DNA of 64,000 nucleotides, from contig OY760183.1 of NCBI GenBank assembly GCA_963663275.1, forward strand, positions 2,528,001 to 2,592,000. Direction: 5' to 3'. A program made the position numbers and the translations under genes. Shown one piece after another: positions 1 to 9,372 of this stretch (position 1 is the stretch's first letter; every line of letters starts with the position of its first letter). This DNA comes from Chloroflexota bacterium (lineage in GTDB: Bacteria; Chloroflexota; UBA11872; VXOZ01). The notes under the pieces were generated by a model, which saw only the letters and a program-made list of their open reading frames with translations, was not told where the DNA came from and did no database searches.

Positions 1-245
1 TCAGCGAGCAACTACTCGAAATCCTGCGCTGCCCGGCCACCAAAGCGCCGCTGCGGCCCCTAACCGGCGAAGAAATCTCGGCGCTCAATGCGCGCATAGA
101 GAGCGAGGCGGTGACCTATCAAGACGGCAGCGCGGTCGATTCGCCATTGGAGGAGGGGCTGATTACGGAAGACGGCGCCACCGTCTACCGCATCGACGAA
201 AACATCCCGGTGATGCTGGTGGAGATGGGCATCCCCACGGCATAG
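1..245 (+). CDS. Trm112-family protein (5' truncated by window edge)
   Basis: Frame from nt 3 reads SEQLLEILRCPATKAPL...LITEDGATVYRIDENIPVML..., stop TAG at 243-245; L-x-C-P start and Y-x-I-x-x-x-I-P-x-x-L end are typical of Trm112/YcaR. Confidence 0.8.
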   Translation, partial: SEQLLEILRCPATKAPLRPLTGEEISALNARIESEAVTYQDGSAVDSPLEEGLITEDGATVYRIDENIPVMLVEMGIPTA

Positions 246-324
246 CGACCACCGGCTGTTGCGCAGTCCGCGGCCCGCCGCCGCGCGGACGTACGGAGCG
301 CCCGCAGCCCCGGAATTGACAGGT

Positions 325-364
325 AAACGCTCACGTGCCGCCGGACTCGCGCACGTGGGCGTTT
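325..364. terminator. Inverted repeat between convergent genes, probable terminator
   Basis: AAACGCTCACGTGC-N12-GCACGTGGGCGTTT, 14-bp arms with one mismatch/GU pair. Confidence 0.5.
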
Positions 365-372
365 GTTTGCGC

Positions 373-1470
373 CTACTGCAGTTTTCCCCGTCCCAGTATC
401 GGCCACACCACTTCCACGCGCCCATCGCGGATGCCGTAGAAGTTGTCGTGCAGGAAGACCGTGGTATCGCCGTAGCCGACGATGAACTGGATTTTGTCGC
501 CGACGCAGGGCGTGTCGGCGGGTTCCGGCAACTCGATCCGGCCGTGCTCCGCCGAGCAAGTGAGACCGCTCTCATCGGGCAGGCCGATGGGCTTGGGAGT
601 GCTCGCGTCGGTGCTCATCGTCTTCTTGCCGGCGTCGCAGATGATGCGCGTGGGGGCCGGCCTGCTGGTGACCGTGGCAAGCACTGTGAGCGCGTAGTCG
701 TGCTTGACCCCGAACCGTTCCCGATAGGTGATGTCGCAGAAAATCCCGCCGCCGCCTTGGATTTCGGTCACACCCGGTTGGAACGCCGTGTGCCAGTACG
801 TGCCGCTGCCGCCGCAACTGACGATCTCCACCGGCAGACCCGCGTCGCGGCAGCGGTCCGCGCTCTCCGTAAGCTGCGAAATCGCTTCCTTCACCATGCG
901 GCCTTTCTCAGCGTCGTCTTTCGCGCCAAGAACGAGCGCCTCCCACGCCATCACCCCGGCGAACTCAAGGCTGGGATAGCTGGCGACTTGCTTGGCCAGC
1001 GCCACCACCGGCTCACCCGGCAGCACCCCGGCCCGGTCGATGCCCACGTTGATTTCCACCACCAGGCGTTGGCGCACGCCTTTGCGCGCGGCCGCTTCCG
1101 CAATCTCGCGCACGTTGTCGGCGTTGTCCACGGCCGGAATGACATCGGCATGTTTGCGCAGGTTCACGAGCCGCTCGACCTTCTGGGGCCCCACAATCTG
1201 GTTGGCGATGAGAATGCTGCGGATGCCGCCCGCCGCCATCACCTCGGCCTCGCCCAGCTTGGCGCACGTCACCCCAATCGCGCCGGCCTCCACGAGCAGG
1301 TGGGCAATCGCGGGCGACTTTATGCCTTTGCTGTGCGGACGCCAGTTAATGCCGGCTTCCTGGATGATGACCCGCGCCATGTGTGCGACATTGCGGTCCA
1401 GAACGTCGAGATCGACCAGCAGCGCCGGCGTGTCAATCTCTTCCGCCGACCGGCCAATGATGTTCATCAT
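373..1470 (-). CDS. DSD1 / D-threonine aldolase-like PLP-dependent enzyme (alanine racemase fold)
   Basis: DTPALLVDL, RPHSK (PLP lysine), CAKLGEAE, GGSGT, DAGKK, SAEHG motifs; ATG at 1470 overlaps the upstream stop (ATGA). Confidence 0.85.
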   Translation of the reverse strand: MMNIIGRSAEEIDTPALLVDLDVLDRNVAHMARVIIQEAGINWRPHSKGIKSPAIAHLLVEAGAIGVTCAKLGEAEVMAAGGIRSILIANQIVGPQKVERLVNLRKHADVIPAVDNADNVREIAEAAARKGVRQRLVVEINVGIDRAGVLPGEPVVALAKQVASYPSLEFAGVMAWEALVLGAKDDAEKGRMVKEAISQLTESADRCRDAGLPVEIVSCGGSGTYWHTAFQPGVTEIQGGGGIFCDITYRERFGVKHDYALTVLATVTSRPAPTRIICDAGKKTMSTDASTPKPIGLPDESGLTCSAEHGRIELPEPADTPCVGDKIQFIVGYGDTTVFLHDNFYGIRDGRVEVVWPILGRGKLQ

Positions 1471-2462
1471 GTGATTGCTATCCACTTTCCAGCGCGGCTT
1501 GCCGCGAACGACGTCTCGATGATGCGCGTGGTCTTTGCGCCGTCTTCACCCGTGTAGAGCGGCGGCTCGCCCGAAAGGACGCGCGCGCTGAAGTCCGCGA
1601 CCAGCGGCAGGTGCCTATTCTCGGCGTGAGGCAGATTGAACTCCTCAGTTCCGGCGGCGGTCTTGAGCGTCAGGTGCGGGCCGTCGGTCGGTGTGCTGAA
1701 CAGCGCGCCTTCCGTGCCATAGATTTCAAACGTATCGTGGCCCACGCCGATGCTCCAGTGAAATGAGGCCGTCACCTGCACGCCGCTCGCCATCTTGATG
1801 AGCAGCATATCGGAGTCGTCCGCAGCGTACGAGTGCACGAGCGTCTCGTTCTTTGCGGCCACCGACGCGGGCTCGCCGAACCAGTGGCAGAGGAGATCGA
1901 GCCGGTGGGAGCCGACGTCGGCAATCGGCCCGCCGGCGCTCTTGGCGGGGTCAACGCGCCAGAACTTCGGGTCGTCCGGCGTCGGGTCGTAGTTGCCGGT
2001 CAAGACCATGCGCGCCAGCACCGGCGCGCCGATTGCCCCACCGTTGAGCAACTCCTTGATCTTGATGTTCTTGGGATAATAGCGGCGGTAGTAGGCGACG
2101 GCCAGGTTCACACCGGCCCGTTGGCAGGCGTCGACCATGGCTTGGCACTCAGCGCCGGTGAGCGCCATCGGTTTCTCGCAGAGCACGTGCTTGCCGGCAG
2201 CGGCGGCAGCCACCGTCTGCGGCAGATGCTCGTAGACGCGGCTGGCCGCGTAGACGACGTCGATGTCGGGGTCCGCAAGAAAGGCGTCAATGTCGCTGTA
2301 GGCGCGCCGCGCGCCGTGCCGCGCCGCGAAATCCTCGGCGCGCTCCTGGCTGCTGCTCGCGAAGGCGACCAGCGTGCTCTGCGGATCCTCGTTTACGGCC
2401 GGCGCCACCGCCTTGTTCGCGATGTCGCCGCAGCCGATAATGCCCCAGCCAACTTCTGCCAT
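1467..2462 (-). CDS. Gfo/Idh/MocA family oxidoreductase
   Basis: GIIGCGDIA Rossmann motif, GKHVLCEKP, DVGSHRLD. Confidence 0.9.
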   Translation of the reverse strand: MAEVGWGIIGCGDIANKAVAPAVNEDPQSTLVAFASSSQERAEDFAARHGARRAYSDIDAFLADPDIDVVYAASRVYEHLPQTVAAAAAGKHVLCEKPMALTGAECQAMVDACQRAGVNLAVAYYRRYYPKNIKIKELLNGGAIGAPVLARMVLTGNYDPTPDDPKFWRVDPAKSAGGPIADVGSHRLDLLCHWFGEPASVAAKNETLVHSYAADDSDMLLIKMASGVQVTASFHWSIGVGHDTFEIYGTEGALFSTPTDGPHLTLKTAAGTEEFNLPHAENRHLPLVADFSARVLSGEPPLYTGEDGAKTTRIIETSFAASRAGKWIAIT

Positions 2463-2841
2463 TTGCTACTCCTCCGCGCGAACTGCCGCTCCCGCCTCCG
2501 TTGCGCGCTCTCACAAGCGCATGAACCGCCCGGCCGCTTTACCGTTGCTCATTGTACACCAAGAGCGCGCGTCGGGTTGCGGCGGGCACAGCCGCAGCGC
2601 GCCGCTGCCGCCGGGCATCCCACAAGCGTTTTGCTCACGTCACGTTGCGGACGGCTGGAATGCGCGCTGGGTTAGCCGCTATAATGGCCGCAGAACAGGT
2701 TACCGTTCAACCAAGATGTGCGCGGCCGGCCAGCCGGCAATAAAGACGGCACGCGCCACAGCCTGCAAAATTCTCGGTTATCGAAAAGGCCGCGCTTTCG
2801 CAGCCCGAAAACGCTAGTCAAACGCCACACAGCAGGAACGT

Positions 2842-3237
2842 ATGCCCCGCTTCACCGTCGGCCATCGCTTTCCCACGCAAGACATCCACCTTGCGCCGGA
2901 AAATGTGCGGCAGTATCTCGCGGCAGTGGAAGACGAGAGCCCGCTCTACCGCGCGGAGCCTTCTACCGCGCCGCCGCTGGCGATTGCCGCGTGGGTGCTG
3001 GCCGGCCTTATCGAAGAAATCGGCCTGCCGCCCGGTTCCGTGCACGCCACGCAGGAGTTCACGTTCACGGGCTCGGCGTCGATAGGCAGCACGCTCGACG
3101 CGGCCGCTGAGGTCGTGCAGGCCGCGACGCGCGGCGGCATGGACGTAATCGTGGTCGAGATACGGGTCGCGCACGGGGAGCGGCCGGTGCTGTCAGGACG
3201 CTCGATGCTGATGATGCCGGCAGGAGATGAGACATGA
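2842..3237 (+). CDS. MaoC-like dehydratase N-terminal / hotdog-fold protein (HadA-like)
   Basis: VRQYLAAVEDESPLY, APP and GSVHATQEFTF patterns; ATGA-coupled to the next gene. Confidence 0.7.
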   Translation: MPRFTVGHRFPTQDIHLAPENVRQYLAAVEDESPLYRAEPSTAPPLAIAAWVLAGLIEEIGLPPGSVHATQEFTFTGSASIGSTLDAAAEVVQAATRGGMDVIVVEIRVAHGERPVLSGRSMLMMPAGDET

Positions 3238-3650
3238 CGCAGCCTTCCGCGCGCTGGCCCGCCGGCGCTGAACTGCCCTGCCGCACGCGCACGGTGACGC
3301 TGGAGACGCTCCGGAACTATGCGGCGGCGAGCGGCGACCACAATCCCATTCACACCGATCCGGCGTTTGCCGCCACTACGCCGTTCGAGCGGCCCATCGC
3401 CCACGGCATGTTGCTTCTCGCTTACGTCATGGAGATGCTGACCGCTACGTTTGGCTCCGACTGTATCGCGTCGGGCCGGCTCAAGACGCGCTTCCGCAAA
3501 CCGGCCTACGTCGATAGCGATGTTACCGCCTGGGGCACAGTCAAGCGCGTGGATGGCGAAACGGGCAGGCTTCAGCTTACGGTCGGCTGCCGGGATGAAG
3601 AGGGCGCCGACCTGGTCACCGGCACCGCCGAGGTGACGCTCCAGGGCTGA
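3234..3650 (+). CDS. MaoC family (R)-hydratase/dehydratase (HadB-like)
   Basis: Hydratase-2 motif YAAASGDHNPIHTD...IAHGM; RFRKP. Confidence 0.85.
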   Translation: MTQPSARWPAGAELPCRTRTVTLETLRNYAAASGDHNPIHTDPAFAATTPFERPIAHGMLLLAYVMEMLTATFGSDCIASGRLKTRFRKPAYVDSDVTAWGTVKRVDGETGRLQLTVGCRDEEGADLVTGTAEVTLQG

Positions 3651-3690
3651 ACGCCTTGCGTGAGACGGTGTGTACGATTCGCGTCAATAG

Positions 3691-3714
3691 GCGGGGGACA
3701 AGCCCCCGCGCTTC
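3691..3714 (-). repeat. GTAG-type REP palindrome, family A (GTAGCGCGGGGGCTTGTCCCCCGC)
   Basis: Near-identical to copies at 16599, 16712, 38508, 51663, 51743, 51823 and 54761. Confidence 0.8.
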
Positions 3715-3820
3715 GATTTCGATTGCCTGCGGAGACGGGCCCCAGTGCTAACGGCGTGGGAGTGTGGACAGAACGCAACGCAGTACGCCAACGATAATCG
3801 GGTCTCGGCGCTCTTGCGGT

Positions 3821-4849
3821 CTATTCGACCCCCACGGGGCGGGAGCGTGCCAGCCGGTCGGCATAGTTGCGCCTGTAGTAGTCGTCGTACCCGCCGGACT
3901 TGACCGCGCGCCACCAATCCTCATTATCCACGTACCACTTGACCGTCTCCGCCAGCGCCTGCCGGAACGTGTACTCCGGCTGCCAGCCGAGCGCCTCCAG
4001 GCGCGCTGAGTCCAGGCTGTAGCGGTAGTCGTGTCCCGGCCGGTCCTCGATCAGCCGCATCAGCGACCGGGGCTTGCCGAGAATGTCCAGGATGCCCTCC
4101 GCCAGAGCCAGTGTATTGACTTCGAACTCCACGCCGACGTTGTACGCAGTGCCCGGCTCGCCCTCGCGCAGCACCAGGTCGATGCCCGCGCAGTGGTCTG
4201 TGACGTACATGTAGTGGCGCACCGCCTGGCCTTCACCGTAGATCGGCAGCGGCTCGTCGTCGATGGCATTGGTCACAAAAACCGGCAGCGCCTTCTCCGG
4301 GTACTGGCGGGGGCCGATGGTATTCGCCCCGCGCGTAACCGTCACAGGCAGGCCGAAACTGGTGAAGTAGGAGAGCGCCAGCAGTTCGCCGCCCGCCTTG
4401 CTGGCCGCATAGGGATTGCGGGGCGCAAGACGCGCGTCCTCAGTCGCGGCGCCCACCGGCACGTGGCCGTAGACCTCGTCCGTGCTCACGTGGACGATGC
4501 GCCGCACGTCGTGGGCGCGGGCCGCCTCCATGAGCACACGCACGCCCTCCACGTTCGTCCGCACGAAGGCCGCCGGATCCATCACCGAGCGGTCTACGTG
4601 CGTTTCCGCGGCAAAGTTCACCAGCGCGTCGCAGCCGGCCAGCGCCTCGTTCACCGCCTCAGTGTCGCAGACGTCGGCGCGCACGAACCGGTAGCGTGGG
4701 TCGTCCGCGCAAGCGGCCAGATTCGCCGGATTGCCGGCGTACGTCAGCTTGTCCAGCGCCACCACGCGCGCGTCAGGATAGCGCGCCAGCACGTAGCGCA
4801 CGTAGTTGCTGCCGATGAAGCCAGCCGCGCCCGTTATCAGTATCCGCAT
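3821..4849 (-). CDS. rfbB: dTDP-glucose 4,6-dehydratase
   Basis: ITGAAGFIGS, DKLTYAGN, FAAETHVDRS, VSTDEVYG, YAASK, DRPGHDYRY. Confidence 0.95.
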   Translation of the reverse strand: MRILITGAAGFIGSNYVRYVLARYPDARVVALDKLTYAGNPANLAACADDPRYRFVRADVCDTEAVNEALAGCDALVNFAAETHVDRSVMDPAAFVRTNVEGVRVLMEAARAHDVRRIVHVSTDEVYGHVPVGAATEDARLAPRNPYAASKAGGELLALSYFTSFGLPVTVTRGANTIGPRQYPEKALPVFVTNAIDDEPLPIYGEGQAVRHYMYVTDHCAGIDLVLREGEPGTAYNVGVEFEVNTLALAEGILDILGKPRSLMRLIEDRPGHDYRYSLDSARLEALGWQPEYTFRQALAETVKWYVDNEDWWRAVKSGGYDDYYRRNYADRLARSRPVGVE

Positions 4850-4879
4850 ACCGTCTACACTCCAATCGCAATCAGGTTG

Positions 4880-5266
4880 TTAGCGCTTCGTCTCTTCAGC
4901 CTCTTCCTCTTTCACCACGCGATTGACGGCAAAGCTGACGAGGCTGATGATGACCGCGACGAGCATGGCGGAAAGCAGCGTCGGCCGGCCCGACGCGGCC
5001 AGTTCCACCCCCGGCAGGAGCGCCGTGCCCAGCCAGAAGAGCAGTCCGTTCAACACAAGTATCCAAAGGCCCAGCGTCAGCACGGTGACGGGAAACGAGA
5101 TCACCTTCAGCGCCGTTCCAATGACCCCGTTGATCAGCGCCACCCCGACGGCGAACATCATAAGCGTAAGCCAATCGCCGCTATCCGCAATCTCCACTAG
5201 CGCAAACCGGCTCGCGATCAGCACCGCGACCAGCACCGCCAGGCTACGCAGGAACAAAACACGCAC
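4880..5266 (-). CDS. YvlD / phage holin superfamily IV-like 4-TM membrane protein
   Basis: Four hydrophobic segments; LKVISFPVTVLTLGLWILVLNG signature. Confidence 0.8.
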   Translation of the reverse strand: MRVLFLRSLAVLVAVLIASRFALVEIADSGDWLTLMMFAVGVALINGVIGTALKVISFPVTVLTLGLWILVLNGLLFWLGTALLPGVELAASGRPTLLSAMLVAVIISLVSFAVNRVVKEEEAEETKR

Positions 5267-5428
5267 AAGAAGCGCCTCTTCGGCAATCCGGCCACTACAC
5301 CCGTATCACTTCGATTATACGGCTTCAGTTTACTTGGCACGAATCCGGTCTGATTGCGCGCGAAAGTCTGCTATACTTAATCTATTGCCGCAACGCGGCG
5401 AGCGAATCAAGAAGCGCAGGTGCGAGCG

Positions 5429-5926
5429 ATGCTTGACGGGATCGACCGGTTCTTGGCGACGATTCTCGCGGCCATTCTTGCAATCGTCGTGGTCGCCGTT
5501 GTCCTCGTTTGGCGTTCACCGGCCGGGACGGAGCTTGAATACAGCGCGGGCGGCGAACCCGAGGACGTCGTGCACAATATCATCGTCGCGATCAGTAAAG
5601 GCGATGAGGAACGCGCCAAGTCGTACCTTTCGCCTGATGTCTTGGCTGACATAGAAGAGATGGAAGAGGGCCGCTGGTCGCTAGTGCGGATGCATGATCG
5701 TCGCTCGCGAGACGGTTTGCGGGTTGCCGTCGCGCTGGAAGACATCGAGGACGGATTGGCAACGGTGAACGTCGAGATCACCCACTTCTACTCCAGCCCC
5801 GCGCCCACTGGGCTATTTGCGATCTTCGACGACAATCAGTATTCCTATGAGGTTTTGGTGCGGCTGCGTCAATTCGACGGCGCGTGGAAGATCGTCGAAC
5901 CTTTCGACCCGTACATGTTCAGCTAG
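5429..5926 (+). CDS. Hypothetical membrane-anchored protein (NTF2/DUF4878-like)
   Basis: N-terminal TM helix; PEDVV...GDEERAKSYLS...DGAWKI pattern; AGGTG RBS. Confidence 0.6.
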   Translation: MLDGIDRFLATILAAILAIVVVAVVLVWRSPAGTELEYSAGGEPEDVVHNIIVAISKGDEERAKSYLSPDVLADIEEMEEGRWSLVRMHDRRSRDGLRVAVALEDIEDGLATVNVEITHFYSSPAPTGLFAIFDDNQYSYEVLVRLRQFDGAWKIVEPFDPYMFS

Positions 5927-5983
5927 CGCCGCGACCGCCAACGAGCCGCAGCAAACGACCGTTCCCGCAACGAGGAGACCCCA

Positions 5984-7684
5984 ATGCTCACCGTACGGCG
6001 TCTCTACATTCTGGCCGCGTCCTTCATCGGACTTCTTCTCTTCATGCAGGGCGGCAGCGCCTTGCTGCGCCTGGTGTTTCTGCTCGCCTCGCCGGACCCC
6101 GCGTTCGCCGTGGGCAACGACTGGTGGCGCGAAGACCTCAGCGTGGGGCTGGCGCTCATGGCCGTGGGCGCGCCGCTGTGGATCGGCCACTGGATTTGGG
6201 CGCAACGCCTGGCCCGCGACCCGGCGGAAGCGGCCAGCGCGCTCCGCTCGCTCTACTTTTTGGGCGTGCTGGGTTTCACGATCATCCGCACGGCCGGGGG
6301 AGCGGGGGACGCCCTCACCTACCCGTTCGCGCGTCTTGCCGGCGGTTCACCCTCGGCATTCACCCTTTCCGACAGCTTGTCCGCGCTGATCATCTTTGGG
6401 CTCATGTGGGTCTACCACGTCCGCCAACGCCCGCCCGCTGCGCTGCAATCCGGGGCCGCGGCGACCATTTCACGCTGGTACTGGTACGCCGTCTCTTTTT
6501 GCGGCGTCGGCATTGTGGCCACGTCGATCATTCCCCTGCTTTCATCGCTCATCGAGAGGCTGGCGGGGGCGGACCCGGTGAACCTCGGTTGGTGGCAATT
6601 GCCGGTGGCGAACAACATCGCGTGGCTCATCGTGGGCGGTATCGGCTGGACGTACCACTGGGCCGCTATCCAGCGCCAAACCGCGGACGCGCAAAGCCCG
6701 GAGTTGCGCTCAGTCTTGCGCAAGGTCTATCTTTACGCCATGGTCGGCTCCGGCGCGGCGGGCGCGCTCCTGGCGATAGGCCGCATACTCTACCTGGCTC
6801 TGCTCGGCGTGATGGGCGCGGTGGACGCGCAGCACGACCTCATCGAAAACGCGGCGTGGGTCGCGCCCACGCTGCTCGTCGCCGCCACCGGCTGGTTCTA
6901 CCACCGCTACCACCTGCGGCGGGACGCGGCGCTGGTAGCGGAACTGCCGCGCCAGGCGACCATCCGCCGCACCTATGCGTATCTCTTGTCCGCGATTGGG
7001 TTGGGGCTGCTGGCCTTCGGCGTGTTCGGCATGTTGCGCCTGGTGATTGGCATTCTGACCGGCCAGGCGGAGAGAACTGACCTGCCGGAACACTTCCTGC
7101 AGCAACAGCTTAGCCTCTACGTGACGTTGCTGGTGGTGGGCCTGGCCGCATGGGTGTGGTACTGGCGCCAGATACAGCGGCAACTGGACGCGGACACCAG
7201 CGGTGAGGAGCGCGCCTCGCTCGTGCGCCGCATCTACCTCTTCGTGGTGTCATCCGCCAGCGTGATCGGCCTGGTGGTCGCGCTGGGGACGCTGCTCTAC
7301 GAGGGGCTGCGCTCCGTGCTGGGCATTAGCTCCGCCAACGCGCTCGTAGACGCGCTGAACATCCACGTCAGCGTGGCGCTCATAGCCGTGGCTCTGCTGC
7401 TGTACCACGTGCGCTTCCTCCGGCAGGGCCTCAGGGCCGGAATGGAGAAGAAGACGGATGCGGTATCGGTAGAAGAGGCCCCGGCAGCGGAAAGCGTTAC
7501 GGAAGACGCAAGCGGCCCGCAGAGCCTGGTAGTCACGCTTTCCGGCGGTGACTTGCAGAGCGCCCGCGCGCTCATCGAACAGAGCGCCCTGCCTGAGGGC
7601 ACGCGAATCTCTCTGCATGAGAGCGCATTGTCAGCGGATGAAGTCCAGCGCCGGTTGCTGAGCGCGCCGGAAGCGGACGAATAG
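5984..7684 (+). CDS. DUF5671-like repeat integral membrane protein
   Basis: Repeated TVRRLY / LRSLY / LRKVYLY / IRRTYAY / VRRIYLF units each followed by W-x-x-H-W; GAGGAG RBS. Confidence 0.8.
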   Translation: MLTVRRLYILAASFIGLLLFMQGGSALLRLVFLLASPDPAFAVGNDWWREDLSVGLALMAVGAPLWIGHWIWAQRLARDPAEAASALRSLYFLGVLGFTIIRTAGGAGDALTYPFARLAGGSPSAFTLSDSLSALIIFGLMWVYHVRQRPPAALQSGAAATISRWYWYAVSFCGVGIVATSIIPLLSSLIERLAGADPVNLGWWQLPVANNIAWLIVGGIGWTYHWAAIQRQTADAQSPELRSVLRKVYLYAMVGSGAAGALLAIGRILYLALLGVMGAVDAQHDLIENAAWVAPTLLVAATGWFYHRYHLRRDAALVAELPRQATIRRTYAYLLSAIGLGLLAFGVFGMLRLVIGILTGQAERTDLPEHFLQQQLSLYVTLLVVGLAAWVWYWRQIQRQLDADTSGEERASLVRRIYLFVVSSASVIGLVVALGTLLYEGLRSVLGISSANALVDALNIHVSVALIAVALLLYHVRFLRQGLRAGMEKKTDAVSVEEAPAAESVTEDASGPQSLVVTLSGGDLQSARALIEQSALPEGTRISLHESALSADEVQRRLLSAPEADE

Positions 7685-7836
7685 GGACTGCCGGCTCAGA
7701 TAAGCCGATTGCAGCGTCTTTCATGGAACCCCACGCGCGCATCTCTCCATGGCGGGCCGCATCCCTGGAGCCGAATTCAGGTCGGGATAAGAGCCTGTAT
7801 TCGGTCCCGTTAAGAGAGTCAGAAGTGCCCACTAAA

Positions 7837-8048
7837 CCGTTCGTGCTGAGCCTGTCGAAGCATGAGCGGCTTTCCGCTAACCGTTCGCGCTGAGCCTGTA
7901 GAAGTATGAGCGGCATTCCGCTAACCGTTCGCGCTGAGCCTATCGAAGCATGAACGGCTCTTCGCGAACGTGCGAGGATTCCACTCACCCTTCGACAGGC
8001 TCAGGGCGAACGTACGAAGGCTCCACTTCAACAGGCTCAGGGCGGCCG
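7837..8048. repeat. REP-like cluster, family C (CCGTTCGYGCTGAGCCTGTCGAAG): three tandem 44-bp units plus two inverted copies
   Basis: Units start at 7837, 7881 and 7925; inverted CCCTTCGACAGGCTCAGGGCGAACG at about 7988 and a degenerate copy at about 8024. Confidence 0.85.
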
Positions 8049-8083
8049 TACCGCGTGCGGACAAATCGAGCGCGAACCGGTTC

Positions 8084-9139
8084 CTAGACGCCAGCCGGCA
8101 CGCTCGTCAGTTCCGCTACCGCCTCGCGCGCGGCGTCGATTGCCGTCTCCACGTCCTCCGCCGTAATCTGATGGTAGGTCACCAGACGAATGCGGTCGTC
8201 GGAAACCGCGCCGCACTTGACGCCGCGTTCCGCCAGGGCCTCAGCCAGTTGCGGCGCTGTGCCTACGGACGGGTCGATGTCGATGTAGACCATATTCGTC
8301 TCAACGTCATCGGCGGCAATGCCCGGAATCGCGCCGAGGCCCTCGCCCAGCCGCCGCGCGTTGGCGTGGTCCTGAGGCAGTTTCTGCGGGATGGTCTCCA
8401 GGGCAACGATGCCCGCCGCCGCCAGCACGCCCGACTGCCGCAAGCCGCCGCCGAGCATCCGCCGGAAGCGCCGCGCCGTCTCGATGAAGTCTCTACTGCC
8501 GCAGATGATCGACCCCACCGGCGCGCTCAAGGCCTTGGAAAGGCAGAACGTCACCGAATCTACGTATTGCACGACCTCAGAAACGGGCACACCCAGCGCC
8601 GCCGCCGCGTTGAAGACGCGCGCGCCGTCCATGTGGACGTTTATGTCTAGTTCATCCGCCAGTTCGCGGATGCCCGCCAGGGTGGCGAGCGGATAGACCG
8701 CGCCGCCGCCGCGATTGTTGGTGTTCTCCAGGCAGATCAGCCGCGTCGGCGTAAAGGCGTCATACGGCCGGCGGAGCACGCTGCGGATGCTCTCGGCGGT
8801 CAGGATGCCCCGTTCCGCGGGCGCGATGCGCGGCGAGGCGCCCGCCACACAGGCAAAGTCGCCGGCCTCAGTGGTGATGATATGCGCCTCGTCCGCCGCG
8901 ATGAACTCGTCACCGTTGCGGCATTGGGCCAGCAGGCAGACCAGGTTGCCCTGCGTGCCGCTCGTGACCATCAAGGCCGCCTCTTTGCCCGTAATCTCCG
9001 CGGCCATGGCTTCCAGGCGATTGACGGAAGGGTCTTCCCGATAGCAGTCGTCACCGACTTCGGCATTCGCCATTGCTTCCCGCATCTCCGCGGTCGGCAT
9101 GCTTACGGTATCGCTCCGCAGGTCGATCGTTCGAGACAT
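8084..9139 (-). CDS. ltaE: Low-specificity L-threonine aldolase
   Basis: IDLRSDT, GDDCYREDP, SGTQGN, ENTNN, HMDGAR, CLSKALSAPVGS, LGGGLRQ; start moved to ATG at 9139 (GAGG upstream). Confidence 0.92.
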   Translation of the reverse strand: MSRTIDLRSDTVSMPTAEMREAMANAEVGDDCYREDPSVNRLEAMAAEITGKEAALMVTSGTQGNLVCLLAQCRNGDEFIAADEAHIITTEAGDFACVAGASPRIAPAERGILTAESIRSVLRRPYDAFTPTRLICLENTNNRGGGAVYPLATLAGIRELADELDINVHMDGARVFNAAAALGVPVSEVVQYVDSVTFCLSKALSAPVGSIICGSRDFIETARRFRRMLGGGLRQSGVLAAAGIVALETIPQKLPQDHANARRLGEGLGAIPGIAADDVETNMVYIDIDPSVGTAPQLAEALAERGVKCGAVSDDRIRLVTYHQITAEDVETAIDAAREAVAELTSVPAGV

Positions 9140-9372
9140 CCTCTTGCTCCCTCGCTCTCTTGCGCTCTTCTGGCAAACCGGTCGCCCGCGATTGCCCGTG
9201 GTTCTCTCCTTTAGTGGAAAACCAAGGCGCGCAACCGGACGAACCAAGACTATTCTTCTCTGAAACCCGTATCTCTTTCAAGTATAGAATCTCTGACGAA
9301 ACAACGCACGCGCCCGGCCCGGCGGCAGCGGCGGACGTGAGCGCTCACATCCTGCTCACGCGGCATTGGCGG

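Noticed and set aside
4880-5266. Prophage holin
   Set aside because: YvlD-like membrane proteins are common chromosomal genes; no endolysin, structural or integrase genes are nearby
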